Shown: positions 11,107-20,264 of the stretch, piece by piece | Numbering within the stretch: the first letter of the stretch is position 1 | Layout: every line of letters begins with the position of its first letter | Assembly: GCA_963667035.1 (NCBI GenBank) | Contig: OY762964.1 | Coordinates: 1,760,001-1,824,000, forward strand | DNA from: Candidatus Cloacimonadales bacterium | GTDB taxonomy: Bacteria; Cloacimonadota; Cloacimonadia; Cloacimonadales; JAFGVF01 | DNA: 64,000 bases | Direction of reading: 5' to 3' | The notes under the pieces: generated by a model | Seen by the model: only the letters and a program-made list of their open reading frames with translations | Databases searched by the model: none | What the model was told of the DNA's origin: nothing | Program-made: the position numbers and the translations under genes

Positions 11107-11643
11107 TCATTTCCTCCTAACAATGAAATAGTTACTCCCTGATAATACGGTAATTACCGCCACTAGCCAGAAATAGATTTTAGTAGCTAGCAGTAAGCTT
11201 GCATTATCCGGATTCAATATTAATATGAGCATTGCTGCAATCAGACCTAACATCTGAGTAACAGTTTTAACTTTCCCCCACATGTTTGCCGGAATGATAA
11301 TTTTCTTTCTGGCATATACATCTCTAAGTATGGTCACTGCAATTTCTCTGAAAGCTAATATTATAAATACTATCGGATGTATCAGGTGTACAGGATAAAA
11401 ACAGATAGCAAAAGCTGCGGATAGAACCAATAATTTATCAGCTAATGGATCCATCAACTTACCATAGTTCGATACAATCTTATACTTACGAGCGAGATAA
11501 CCATCAAAGAAATCCGTTAAACTTGCAATTATAAACACTATCAAAGCAACTGTCCAATTCTGAACAAAAGCAAAGTACAAGTACACCGGAACTAAAATCA
11601 TGCGTCCGGTAGTTAAGATGTTTGGTATATTTTTATTAATCAT
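11107..11643 (-). CDS. pgsA: CDP-diacylglycerol--glycerol-3-phosphate 3-phosphatidyltransferase
   Basis: PNILT..R and TDFFDGYLAR...GKLMDPLADK CDP-alcohol phosphotransferase motif. Confidence 0.92.
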   Translation of the reverse strand: MINKNIPNILTTGRMILVPVYLYFAFVQNWTVALIVFIIASLTDFFDGYLARKYKIVSNYGKLMDPLADKLLVLSAAFAICFYPVHLIHPIVFIILAFREIAVTILRDVYARKKIIIPANMWGKVKTVTQMLGLIAAMLILILNPDNASLLLATKIYFWLVAVITVLSGSNYFIVRRK

Positions 11644-12406
11644 AATTCCTGTCCGAGAAAATCATTACTAAGCTGTTTGCTATAACATAAACTAGAGTAA
11701 CAATAATATAATCAGCAGTATTGAATATGTTACCATTACCTCCTAGGATGAGATTATAGTAACAAAGAGCTAGACCAATAGGTATAACAGTAAACAAAAT
11801 CAACTCAAAGAAACTGCTTTTCCGTTTATTTACAAGCAGAGTATTTAGTTTCATTTTCCGTTTAATAGACTCAGTTGTTGATATTTCTTGTAGCATTCTT
11901 GTTACAAAGACAAAGCAAGTAATAGCAAATATAAGAGCAATATTCAATTTTGCTCTAAAGCTTTTTATTATGTTGTAATCATCCATTATTTGTTGCCAGC
12001 TCTCTTCATTGTATCTAACAACTATACGGTTACTGTATTTACCAAGATTCAGCAATATCTCTTTTCGCCCTTCAATACTTCTTTCATTACCAAGAAATCT
12101 TATTGTCAGAACATCAGGTAACTGCTCTATATCTAAATATCTTCTGGCATTACCTAAAGAATACTTATCCAATAGTTTATCTGACAATTCATTTCTCTCT
12201 TCCAATTTCAATTCTTTAACGAACATAGAGTCATTTAGGGTTTCCGAAAGCTCTTTAAGTAGTTTAGTATCCCTGGAGAAGATAATGATAGGATACTTTT
12301 CAAAGTCTTTTAAACACTTTTGCCCATAATCGTGAACCGATAGATTTACAATGACCCATCCTATGAGTATTAGCGTTAGTAATAAATAGCTTAAAAAACT
12401 TCTCAT
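11636..12406 (-). CDS. Membrane protein with divergent FtsX-like topology
   Basis: One N-terminal TM, an extracytoplasmic loop (LPDVLTIR), then three TMs. Confidence 0.45.
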   Translation of the reverse strand: MRSFLSYLLLTLILIGWVIVNLSVHDYGQKCLKDFEKYPIIIFSRDTKLLKELSETLNDSMFVKELKLEERNELSDKLLDKYSLGNARRYLDIEQLPDVLTIRFLGNERSIEGRKEILLNLGKYSNRIVVRYNEESWQQIMDDYNIIKSFRAKLNIALIFAITCFVFVTRMLQEISTTESIKRKMKLNTLLVNKRKSSFFELILFTVIPIGLALCYYNLILGGNGNIFNTADYIIVTLVYVIANSLVMIFSDRNYD

Positions 12407-13020
12407 ATTCTGTTTATCTCAAAAACTATTTTAGGAGCTTTTGCCACAATATTGTGTATCCGAACAATTTGAAATCCGTGTTTAGATACAGATGAAGTAA
12501 TTTCTTTCTCTCTAGCTTGAGGATATATAGCATACGCACAACCCTTTTTTGTTAAATAACAACTATATGCCGAGAACAAATCATCAGGAGTACATGTTTC
12601 TTCAAGTCGTGAGATTCTTCTCTCGACATTAGGACTTATTCTTCCATCTGTTTTATAATAAGGTGGATTAGATACGATCAAATCAAAAAACTCCCGATAA
12701 CTTTCGTTACATACTCTTATATCCTGTTCAATAATTTTAACACTAGTTGATGATAACTTATTGTTCTCTTCAGCAAGTTGAACAAGCTGTTTCTGCAACT
12801 CAAATCCGTAGACTTGCCAATTTCTATAATGCGACAACATTATTGCTATTACACCCGTTCCACTACCTATATCCAGAACTTTCAGACCTTCACTTTCGAA
12901 ATTATTCAAAACAATGTTTACAAGACTGGCAGAATCCTCTGTTATCTTTTGACCTTTAACATGCTGATAAATTGTTTTACCAAAAGGCAATAGCACCGGT
13001 TGCTTTTTAGCAGAAAGCAT
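12403..13020 (-). CDS. tRNA1(Val) A37 N6-methyltransferase-like SAM methyltransferase
   Basis: VLDIGSGTG and FDLIVSNPPYY. Confidence 0.8.
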   Translation of the reverse strand: MLSAKKQPVLLPFGKTIYQHVKGQKITEDSASLVNIVLNNFESEGLKVLDIGSGTGVIAIMLSHYRNWQVYGFELQKQLVQLAEENNKLSSTSVKIIEQDIRVCNESYREFFDLIVSNPPYYKTDGRISPNVERRISRLEETCTPDDLFSAYSCYLTKKGCAYAIYPQAREKEITSSVSKHGFQIVRIHNIVAKAPKIVFEINRI

Positions 13021-13023
13021 TTT

Positions 13024-13929
13024 TTATCTGGAAAGCTCCATCATTTTAAATACACTTTGTTTTGCTTTTTCCATTACATCTTCAGCAAGTGTAATCTCCG
13101 GTACTTCATCAGAGAGAGCATTATATACATCTATCAATTTTGTCTTTTTCATATTACGGCATATAGCATCAGGAGCTAATGTAATAATATCCTTATCAGG
13201 ATATTTAGCTTTTAACTGATCACACAAACCGACTTCTGTTCCAATAATAATGTTATCATTCTCTTCAGCATACTTTGCCATCATTGCTGTTGAGCCGACC
13301 ATATCCGCTAACTCTGTAACTTCAGGTGGGCATTCAGGATGAACTATTATTTTATGATTTGGATAAAGCTTTCTCATCTTCTTAATCCTTTCGGGTTTTA
13401 TTCCAAAATGGTGAACGAGGCAGTACCCATCCCAAACAATAACATCTCTTCCACATTGAGCTGATGCCCATTTCCCTAAATTCTGATCAGGGACAAAGAG
13501 TATCTCTTTATCAACAGGTATTGATTTTAAGATATAAACGGCATTAGAGGAAGTACAGCAGATATCACTTTCTGCTTTCACTTCTGCAGTGGAATTGACA
13601 TAGCAAACCACAACAGCACCTGGATGTTGTGATTTAAACTCACGTAACTGAGCTCCCGTTATCATGTCAGCCATAGGGCATCCTGCATCTTCAACAGGTA
13701 AAATCACTTTTGCCTCAGGCTTTAGAATCTTAGCTGTCTCAGCCATAAATCTTACACCACAAAAGATAATCAAGTCATTCTCTACCTGAGATGACTTAAT
13801 CGATAATTGAAGCGAATCACCTACAAAATCAGCTATCTCCTGTACATCTAAAGTCTGATAACTATGTGCTAGAATAATGGCTTCTTTCTCTTTCTTTAAT
13901 TCTATAATTTTATTTTGTAATTCTGTCAT
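13024..13929 (-). CDS. nadA: Quinolinate synthase
   Basis: ILAHSYQ, GDSL, FCGVRFMAETAK, GCPMAD, YVNST, HPEC, C.NMK. Confidence 0.97.
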   Translation of the reverse strand: MTELQNKIIELKKEKEAIILAHSYQTLDVQEIADFVGDSLQLSIKSSQVENDLIIFCGVRFMAETAKILKPEAKVILPVEDAGCPMADMITGAQLREFKSQHPGAVVVCYVNSTAEVKAESDICCTSSNAVYILKSIPVDKEILFVPDQNLGKWASAQCGRDVIVWDGYCLVHHFGIKPERIKKMRKLYPNHKIIVHPECPPEVTELADMVGSTAMMAKYAEENDNIIIGTEVGLCDQLKAKYPDKDIITLAPDAICRNMKKTKLIDVYNALSDEVPEITLAEDVMEKAKQSVFKMMELSR

Positions 13930-13939
13930 TTCTTAAACC

Positions 13940-14380
13940 TCATTTTAACTTTGTATGCCCGAATCCCCCGTCCCCTCTCTCTGTTTCATCAAGTTCTTCT
14001 ACAACTTTAATAGAGATTGGAGTAATCTGGTTGAATACTATTTGAGCTATACGCATCCCATTCTCAACAACGAATTTGGTATTGCTGAAATTAAAAAGAA
14101 TCACTTTCACCTCTCCCCTATAATCCGCATCAATAGTTCCGGGAGAGTTTAAGACTCCAATACCGTATTTAAAAGCTAAACCACTTCTTGGCCTGACCTG
14201 ACCTTCATAACCGTGAGGTATACTCATTGCCAAACCTGTGGGTACAAGTGCAACTTCCCCCGGCTTAATAGTAACATGTTCTGTTAAGTCGGCAGTAAGG
14301 TCAAAGCCTGCAGCAGAATCCGACATCTGCTTAGGAAGAGTCGCAGTCTCTCTCAATTTTCTGATTTTAAGTTCTATCAT
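13940..14380 (-). CDS. dut: dUTP diphosphatase
   Basis: AGFDL, RPRSGLA, GTIDADYRGE, RIAQ, RGDGGFGHT. Confidence 0.97.
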   Translation of the reverse strand: MIELKIRKLRETATLPKQMSDSAAGFDLTADLTEHVTIKPGEVALVPTGLAMSIPHGYEGQVRPRSGLAFKYGIGVLNSPGTIDADYRGEVKVILFNFSNTKFVVENGMRIAQIVFNQITPISIKVVEELDETERGDGGFGHTKLK

Positions 14381-15279
14381 TAGAATTTTCTAGTCATTAT
14401 AAACTCGGAGAGCATAATTAATAGCTCAGCCTTATCACCGTAAGAGCTTAACAATTTTATGCAATCCTGAACATATTTTTCTGCCATTTCTCTTGATTTC
14501 TCAAGTCCGTAAACCGCAGGAAAAGTCATCTTACCTTGAGCCGCATCTTTACCGACAGTTTTCCCCATCATTCCTGATGAGCCTTCCACATCCAGTATAT
14601 CGTCGACTATTTGGAAAGCCATTCCCAGCTTTGTCCCAATCTTCTCCATCTTCTGAATATCTTTATCGGAAGCTCCGGCAGCATAACAAGCAAACCTGAT
14701 TGAAAGATTTATCAGTTTCGCGGTTTTATTGTTATGAATATAAGTAAGTTTTCTTTTATCCGGTTTGCTTAAACCTTCACAATCTATATCTTCCATCTGT
14801 CCGGCTAATAGACCTTTTATTCCCATGTCGGAAGAAAATTCGGCAATCAGTTTTATCTTTAGCGAATCGTCTAACTTAGCAGCGGAAAGAATATCAAAAG
14901 CACTAACCAACAAAGCATCTGATGCTAAAAGAGCAATATTACTGCCATAAACTATATGACAAGCTTGTCTTCCTCTTCTTGTGTCATCATTATCTATTTC
15001 CGGTAGGTCATCTTGAATAAGAGAGTAAGTATGCAATAATTCAATTGCTGCCGCAAGATGAGATATCTTCTCTACTTCGTTACTAAATAGCAAGAACGTT
15101 CTAATCATTAAATACGGACGTAACCGTTTTCCACCTGCAAAAAGAGTATGTCGCATAGCCTTGTGTATGTCTTTCGGATATTCGTCTTTTCTGGGGAGAA
15201 ATCTGTCTAAGACAATATTCACCCACTCTTTCTTCTCTTTTAAATCTTTTTTCAGGGCTTTTTTTGTTGGTTCAGCCAT
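14380..15279 (-). CDS. ispA: Farnesyl/geranylgeranyl diphosphate synthase
   Basis: GGKRLRP, SLIQDDLP..DNDDTRRG, FQIVDDILD; follows xseB. Confidence 0.9.
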   Translation of the reverse strand: MAEPTKKALKKDLKEKKEWVNIVLDRFLPRKDEYPKDIHKAMRHTLFAGGKRLRPYLMIRTFLLFSNEVEKISHLAAAIELLHTYSLIQDDLPEIDNDDTRRGRQACHIVYGSNIALLASDALLVSAFDILSAAKLDDSLKIKLIAEFSSDMGIKGLLAGQMEDIDCEGLSKPDKRKLTYIHNNKTAKLINLSIRFACYAAGASDKDIQKMEKIGTKLGMAFQIVDDILDVEGSSGMMGKTVGKDAAQGKMTFPAVYGLEKSREMAEKYVQDCIKLLSSYGDKAELLIMLSEFIMTRKF

Positions 15280-15491
15280 TAATTCTCCTCTTTTTCCACC
15301 GACCCTAACTCTGTTGACAACTGTGTTATTTTCATCTCTAAACTATCAATTTTTGAAGTGCAGAATTTCACTAACTCAGTGCCTTCTTTAAAGTACTGAA
15401 TTGTATCTTCTAATTCTAATTCACCGGACTCCAGCTTTTCTACGATTTCTTCAATTCTTTGAAGTGCTTTTTCCAGTTTCATTTCCTTCAT
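15279..15491 (-). CDS. xseB: Exodeoxyribonuclease VII small subunit
   Basis: LEKALQRIEEIVEKLESGELELED....F.EG; start ATG 15491 after AAGG. Confidence 0.93.
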   Translation of the reverse strand: MKEMKLEKALQRIEEIVEKLESGELELEDTIQYFKEGTELVKFCTSKIDSLEMKITQLSTELGSVEKEEN

Positions 15492-16006
15492 TACACACCT
15501 TCTAAAGTATAAACTTTTCCATTTTATGTTACTTGCTATATATATCAAATCAATGCGATTGTAAAGGAATATTTCACTTTTTTAGAATTATTTTTTTTGT
15601 TATATATTAACTAATATCCTCTCTCCGTTATGCTAAGTTTTCATATCAATGCTAATTACAGTTTCTTAGACCGGAGAACATATTAGTTCTCTCATCAGTT
15701 TCCTATTGATTTAAAGGTTATAGTAGTTAGTCTTAAAGAAAAGATAATGAGGGGCATTCTATAAATAGTTTTTTTCCACTGCTATATCTATCTCAGTTCA
15801 CTTTTGGCTCTCCTTTACGAGGCAAGTGAGAGCCAAGAGTAAAGCATGAGAAGTTTTACTATTATTAATACGATTCGCACATAAGTTCCAAAGGAAATAA
15901 TACCAGACTTCTTAAGAACTGTGAAAGGCAAATTCATGAAAAAGGTTTTGACAAAATAATATGTCATGGCTTATTTGTATAAATTAAATAATATTCTGGA
16001 GGAAGA

Positions 16007-16426
16007 ATGCCGGAGACAAAGGCCGTTACAAAAAGAACTGATAAGTTTTCTTTAGTGGAACTGTTAATGATTGTCATGCTTGTTGGGCTGATTTTCGTTA
16101 TATGGATTCCTATGAAAGAAGCTAAAGTATACAGAGCAAACCTTCAAGAAGCTGTAAAAAATATTGATACAATCGCAAATGCAAACATAGCTTTCAGGAA
16201 TAACCCTGACCTCGGCGATGGAGACTTTGCTTTTGATATTTCTCAGCTTAACCTTAAGCTTGATGCTAAGTATTTTGAGTACTCTGTTACTGACACTACA
16301 GTTGTAGCAACATCAACCGAAGAGTTCGGTAAAAAAGATATTGATGTAATATTCTATCTGCCTACCGGACCTTTCCAGATTGATAATGATTCTAAGAAGG
16401 TTATTGATTTAACCTGGCTTCCTTAA
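16007..16426 (+). CDS. Type IV pilin-like protein
   Basis: Basic leader followed by FSLVELLMIVMLVGLI hydrophobic helix with Glu at +5; monocistronic. Confidence 0.7.
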   Translation: MPETKAVTKRTDKFSLVELLMIVMLVGLIFVIWIPMKEAKVYRANLQEAVKNIDTIANANIAFRNNPDLGDGDFAFDISQLNLKLDAKYFEYSVTDTTVVATSTEEFGKKDIDVIFYLPTGPFQIDNDSKKVIDLTWLP

Positions 16427-16437
16427 TTTACATTTTT

Positions 16438-16464
16438 AGCCCTCGCAAGAGGGCTTATTTTTTT
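16438..16464 (+). terminator. Intrinsic terminator
   Basis: AGCCCTC-GCAA-GAGGGCT plus T tract. Confidence 0.85.
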
Positions 16465-16472
16465 CTACACAA

Positions 16473-17306
16473 ATGAAACTTCATTCAACTCTTTTTGTAG
16501 TTCCCACTCCGATTGGTAATCTTCAAGATATGACTTTCAGAGCTATAGAGATATTAAAAAGCGTATCTCTTGTTCTTGCAGAAGATACCCGCACCAGTTC
16601 TTACCTGTTAAATCATTTTGGTATTGAGACTCAAACTCAAAGCTATCATAAGTTTAATGAGAAGAAGAGAACCGTTGAGATTATTGATAGATTGAAATCA
16701 GGAGATAATATAGCTCTTATCAGTGATGCAGGGACTCCCGGTATATCTGATCCCGGTTATATCCTAATCAAAGATGCCATAGACGAAGATATTAATGTTG
16801 TAACCCTCCCCGGAGCAACTGCCTTCATTCCTGCCTTAGTAAGCTCGGGACTGGAAACATCAAGTTTCTGTTTCATTGGCTTCTTACCTGAGAAGAATAA
16901 ACAAAGAAACGAACTACTTGAAAGCCTAAAGAGCTATAAGCAAACAATTGTATTTTATTGTTCTCCTCACGATTTATTTGAAAACATGAAACAGATTAAA
17001 GAAGTCTTCGGAAACAGAAAAGCTGTAGTATGCAAAGAAATCAGCAAACTTTATGAGACGTTCTACCGTGGTACCCTTGATAGTCTTACAGATTCTGAAG
17101 AAGTTAATCTAAAAGGTGAGTTCATACTGCTAGTTGAGGGTTTTCAAGATGAAGAGATAAGTGATGAAATGATTGAACTCTTACTTATTCAGGAACTTGA
17201 AAACGGTTTGAAAGGCAAAGAGGCAGTGAAAAAAGTTGCCAATGATACCAAAATGCGTAAGAATTTAGTGTATGATATTTATATTAAGATGAAAGAGGAA
17301 CTTTAA
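16473..17306 (+). CDS. rsmI: 16S rRNA (cytidine1402-2'-O)-methyltransferase
   Basis: VPTPIGNLQD, AEDTR, SDAGTPGISDPG, KEISKLYE. Confidence 0.96.
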   Translation: MKLHSTLFVVPTPIGNLQDMTFRAIEILKSVSLVLAEDTRTSSYLLNHFGIETQTQSYHKFNEKKRTVEIIDRLKSGDNIALISDAGTPGISDPGYILIKDAIDEDINVVTLPGATAFIPALVSSGLETSSFCFIGFLPEKNKQRNELLESLKSYKQTIVFYCSPHDLFENMKQIKEVFGNRKAVVCKEISKLYETFYRGTLDSLTDSEEVNLKGEFILLVEGFQDEEISDEMIELLLIQELENGLKGKEAVKKVANDTKMRKNLVYDIYIKMKEEL

Positions 17307-17843
17307 ATGAGATTAAAAGAAGATAAAGCAATCTTTGCAATGATAGATATACAAGAATCATTTAAACCGGTTATGAAAGAATTGGATAGCATTATTAAGA
17401 CTGCCAACATACTAAACAAGTCGGCAGAAATACTTTCAATCCCCCTAATAGTAACCGAACAATACCCAAAAGGTCTCGGACATACTTGTGAGGAGATATA
17501 TGTTCCCGAAACAGCCGGAATCTTTGAAAAGAAAGTCTTTTCAATATTTACTCCTGAAATCAAAGAAGAGATTAAATCAAGTGGAAGGACCCAGATTGTG
17601 TTATACGGAATTGAGAGTCATGTTTGTCTGACTCAATCAGCTCTTGATGCTATCGAAGAAGGAATCGAAGTCTTTTATGTAGAAAACGGAGTTGCATCAC
17701 GAGATAACTGTGATAAAATTATCGCTGTCAGGAGACTGTCTCAACTTGGAGTACAAGTTGTTAGCTATGAGATGCTGTTATTCGAAATTATGCAATCCGC
17801 TAAACATCCTCATTTTAAAGAAATATCCCAACTAATTAAGTAA
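17307..17843 (+). CDS. Isochorismatase family cysteine hydrolase
   Basis: IDIQE, TEQYPKGLGHT, GIESHVCLTQSALD. Confidence 0.9.
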   Translation: MRLKEDKAIFAMIDIQESFKPVMKELDSIIKTANILNKSAEILSIPLIVTEQYPKGLGHTCEEIYVPETAGIFEKKVFSIFTPEIKEEIKSSGRTQIVLYGIESHVCLTQSALDAIEEGIEVFYVENGVASRDNCDKIIAVRRLSQLGVQVVSYEMLLFEIMQSAKHPHFKEISQLIK

Positions 17844-17852
17844 CTGATAACG

Positions 17853-18617
17853 ATGACTGATTTTAGAGATAAGATAACTAAAGAGCTCAAGATACTACTT
17901 AATAGAGACTATGTTCATGCAGTATGGGAAGGTGGTTCCTCTGCAACAGGCTACTTAGACGAATACTCTGATCTTGACTTAATGATAATATCGGATGCAG
18001 ATAAAATTGAATCAAGCTTTTCTATTCTTGAGGAGTTTTTTAAAGAAAAGTATGGTATCCTCAAACAATTCAGAATGCCAGAGCCAACTTGGCATGGTAT
18101 GTCTCAATGCTTTTATCTGTTAGATAACACTCCCAAATATTTCTACCTTGATATTGCCATCCAAAAGCTAGAAGCTGAAGATAAGTTTCTGGAATCAGAT
18201 AGACATGGTTTACCGGTAGCGTGGTTTGACAAAGGCAAATTACTTAATCCAAAGCCTACATCTCCTGATAAGATTGTCAGGAAAGGTAAAAGTGCTTTTA
18301 AACTCAATACAGAGCTCTTTTTTGTTGTAGAGATTGAAGTAATGAAACTAATTCGAAGAGGACGACTGGTAGATGCTTCTCAGGAATTTCAAGTGAGTAT
18401 TCTCAGACGCTTATCAGTGTTACTTAACCTTAAATACAGACCTGCTAAAGTAGATTTCGGCTTAAAGTATGGATATCGAGATTATCCTGCGGATGTTAAC
18501 AAACGTTTACAGAGCATTGTAACTTATTCGAATATTTATGAGTTAGAGAATTCGGCAAAAGAAACAATAAAGTGGTTTTATGAATTAGAAAGTGAGCTTA
18601 CATCTGAATGGGTGTAA
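17853..18617 (+). CDS. Pol-beta superfamily nucleotidyltransferase (ANT/Lnu-like)
   Basis: GGSSATGYLDEYSDLDL motif plus helical C-terminal domain. Confidence 0.7.
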   Translation: MTDFRDKITKELKILLNRDYVHAVWEGGSSATGYLDEYSDLDLMIISDADKIESSFSILEEFFKEKYGILKQFRMPEPTWHGMSQCFYLLDNTPKYFYLDIAIQKLEAEDKFLESDRHGLPVAWFDKGKLLNPKPTSPDKIVRKGKSAFKLNTELFFVVEIEVMKLIRRGRLVDASQEFQVSILRRLSVLLNLKYRPAKVDFGLKYGYRDYPADVNKRLQSIVTYSNIYELENSAKETIKWFYELESELTSEWV

Positions 18618-19689
18618 CGCTCTTTTCTCTATCCTCTTCCATTCTTGTCCTACGTGACTTATTAATCCTTCTTCTCAACCTCTTCATCTTAGCGACACTC
18701 CCATCATCATAAACAAGAGTATAAAGATATAGTCCCATATGTGGGATAGGGTGTGATAATACTAAATAATCAGTATTTAATAACTTCTGACTGTAAAAGA
18801 AGTCATTTTTAACAATTATTCTCTTAGCCATTAACTCTAGAGAGAAATTATGAATATTAAACAGAGAATAATCATTCACAGTAAGAGAATCAGGTAGCAC
18901 TTGCTGATTTAACCAAGGCGGTGCAGAGAGTGATTGACGCAATAGATTATCTTGGTGCAGAATATGTCCTCCATCGGAGAGAACTCCAACTTCCGAATCA
19001 ATGCTCTCAATAAACTGACTAAGTTTATTAACTGAGATATTTATAACACATAATCCTAGCAGATTAGTTTGTTGAATTACCGGTTTAATGGCTGAAATAA
19101 CCCATTCTCCTGTAAAAGGAGAAAGCTGAGGAGTACTCCTCCATATTCTCTTACCCGGTTTTATTTCTTTAAAAATTTCCGCAAATTCAGCAGTATCTTT
19201 AAAGTTATAATTCCTAAATTCCGGTTTGTATTCTATATATGGATAATGTCTATAAAACTCGCTGTTATCATAGTAAAAAACAGACTCTATCAACTCACTG
19301 CTGATAAAAATCTGTTGCATGTACTCATCAAGTTGCTCCATTAAAACCACATCACTAATCAAATTATCACCGACCGGAATGTTCCCTGTATAGAAAACTG
19401 CAGCTAAACCATCATTTTTGTTTTTATAAAGCTCGGTATCATCAACATGATAGTTTTGGGGTATAATTCCGTCATAAACATATTCTTTGCTTAGATATAA
19501 TGAACTAACGAGTTGTGATAATAAGTTCAAACGACCACTAATCTCGGCATACTGTATATTCAGTGAATCAGCGGCCATGAATAGTTTATCCCTTTCCCTT
19601 CCGGGATTTGTTGATCTATAGTTTAGTACAAAGAATGCCATGGCAATGGCAACTATCAAAATTATTATAAAGACTATTCTTTTTTTCAT
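18598..19689 (-). CDS. Membrane-anchored Cache (dCache-like) sensor domain protein
   Basis: Start ATG 19689. N-terminal TM; RHYPY, WRSTPQLSPFTGEWVISAIKPV, GLCVINIS motifs. Confidence 0.65.
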   Translation of the reverse strand: MKKRIVFIIILIVAIAMAFFVLNYRSTNPGRERDKLFMAADSLNIQYAEISGRLNLLSQLVSSLYLSKEYVYDGIIPQNYHVDDTELYKNKNDGLAAVFYTGNIPVGDNLISDVVLMEQLDEYMQQIFISSELIESVFYYDNSEFYRHYPYIEYKPEFRNYNFKDTAEFAEIFKEIKPGKRIWRSTPQLSPFTGEWVISAIKPVIQQTNLLGLCVINISVNKLSQFIESIDSEVGVLSDGGHILHQDNLLRQSLSAPPWLNQQVLPDSLTVNDYSLFNIHNFSLELMAKRIIVKNDFFYSQKLLNTDYLVLSHPIPHMGLYLYTLVYDDGSVAKMKRLRRRINKSRRTRMEEDREKSVTPIQM

Positions 19690-19699
19690 TGTTTTTCCT

Positions 19700-19794
19700 T
19701 GGCAGAGAGGGCAGGGATCGAACCTGCCACTGACGGGTTTAAACGCCAACTACCGGTTTTGAAGACCGGCTGAACCACCAGATTCTTCCTCTCT
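19700..19794 (-). tRNA. selC: tRNA-Sec (anticodon UCA)
   Basis: On the minus strand: AGAGAGG acceptor, GAATC-TGGT-GGTTC D arm, GCCGGT-CTTCAAA-ACCGGT anticodon arm, long variable arm, GCAGG-TTCGATC-CCTGC T arm, CCTCTCT-G-CCA. Confidence 0.93.
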
Positions 19795-20020
19795 ACAGCC
19801 TTTGATAGTTGTCTTATTGGTTTAGTCAACCCTTTTTTATTGTTATTAAGTACATAAGAGTAAAATTGACTCGTACTGGGCTTATTAGGAGTAACATGAG
19901 TTATAAGAAGAAAAATCATATTTCATATATTTAGGTATATCTTCACAATGTCATTAAGTCCACTAAGTTTGATTTTTAATAAACAAACAAAACAACGACA
20001 AACTTGGTATTTTATTTGTT

Positions 20021-20256
20021 CAGCAACTCTGGAGAGTTGCAGTACAATTGGACGACATCGTCTTCGTCGATGTTGAACTAACGCTGGCAATTCGCTCCTA
20101 AATCCTTTACTTATCCTGAAGGGATAACCTAATACTAGCCATAGGTTTTAACCTATGGTACCGGGTACGCGAGCCTCCAGCTCGCATTAGGAGATGCAGG
20201 CATCCTGCCGGCGTACTAATCGCAGTGCGAGTGCCCTCACTTGCACATAGCTCGAA
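20021..20256. repeat. Cluster of REP-like hairpin modules (copy A)
   Basis: Hairpins GCAACTCT/AGAGTTGC, CCATAGGTT/AACCTATGG, GCGAGC/GCTCGC and GTGCGAGTG/CACTTGCAC; modules recur at about 22.2, 25.0, 25.7 and 55.6-55.8 kb. Confidence 0.8.
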
Positions 20257-20264
20257 GAACTATA

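Noticed and set aside
19686..19919. 77-aa ORF and the N-terminal extension of the Cache ORF
   Set aside because: Both overlap the tRNA-Sec gene; spurious translations.
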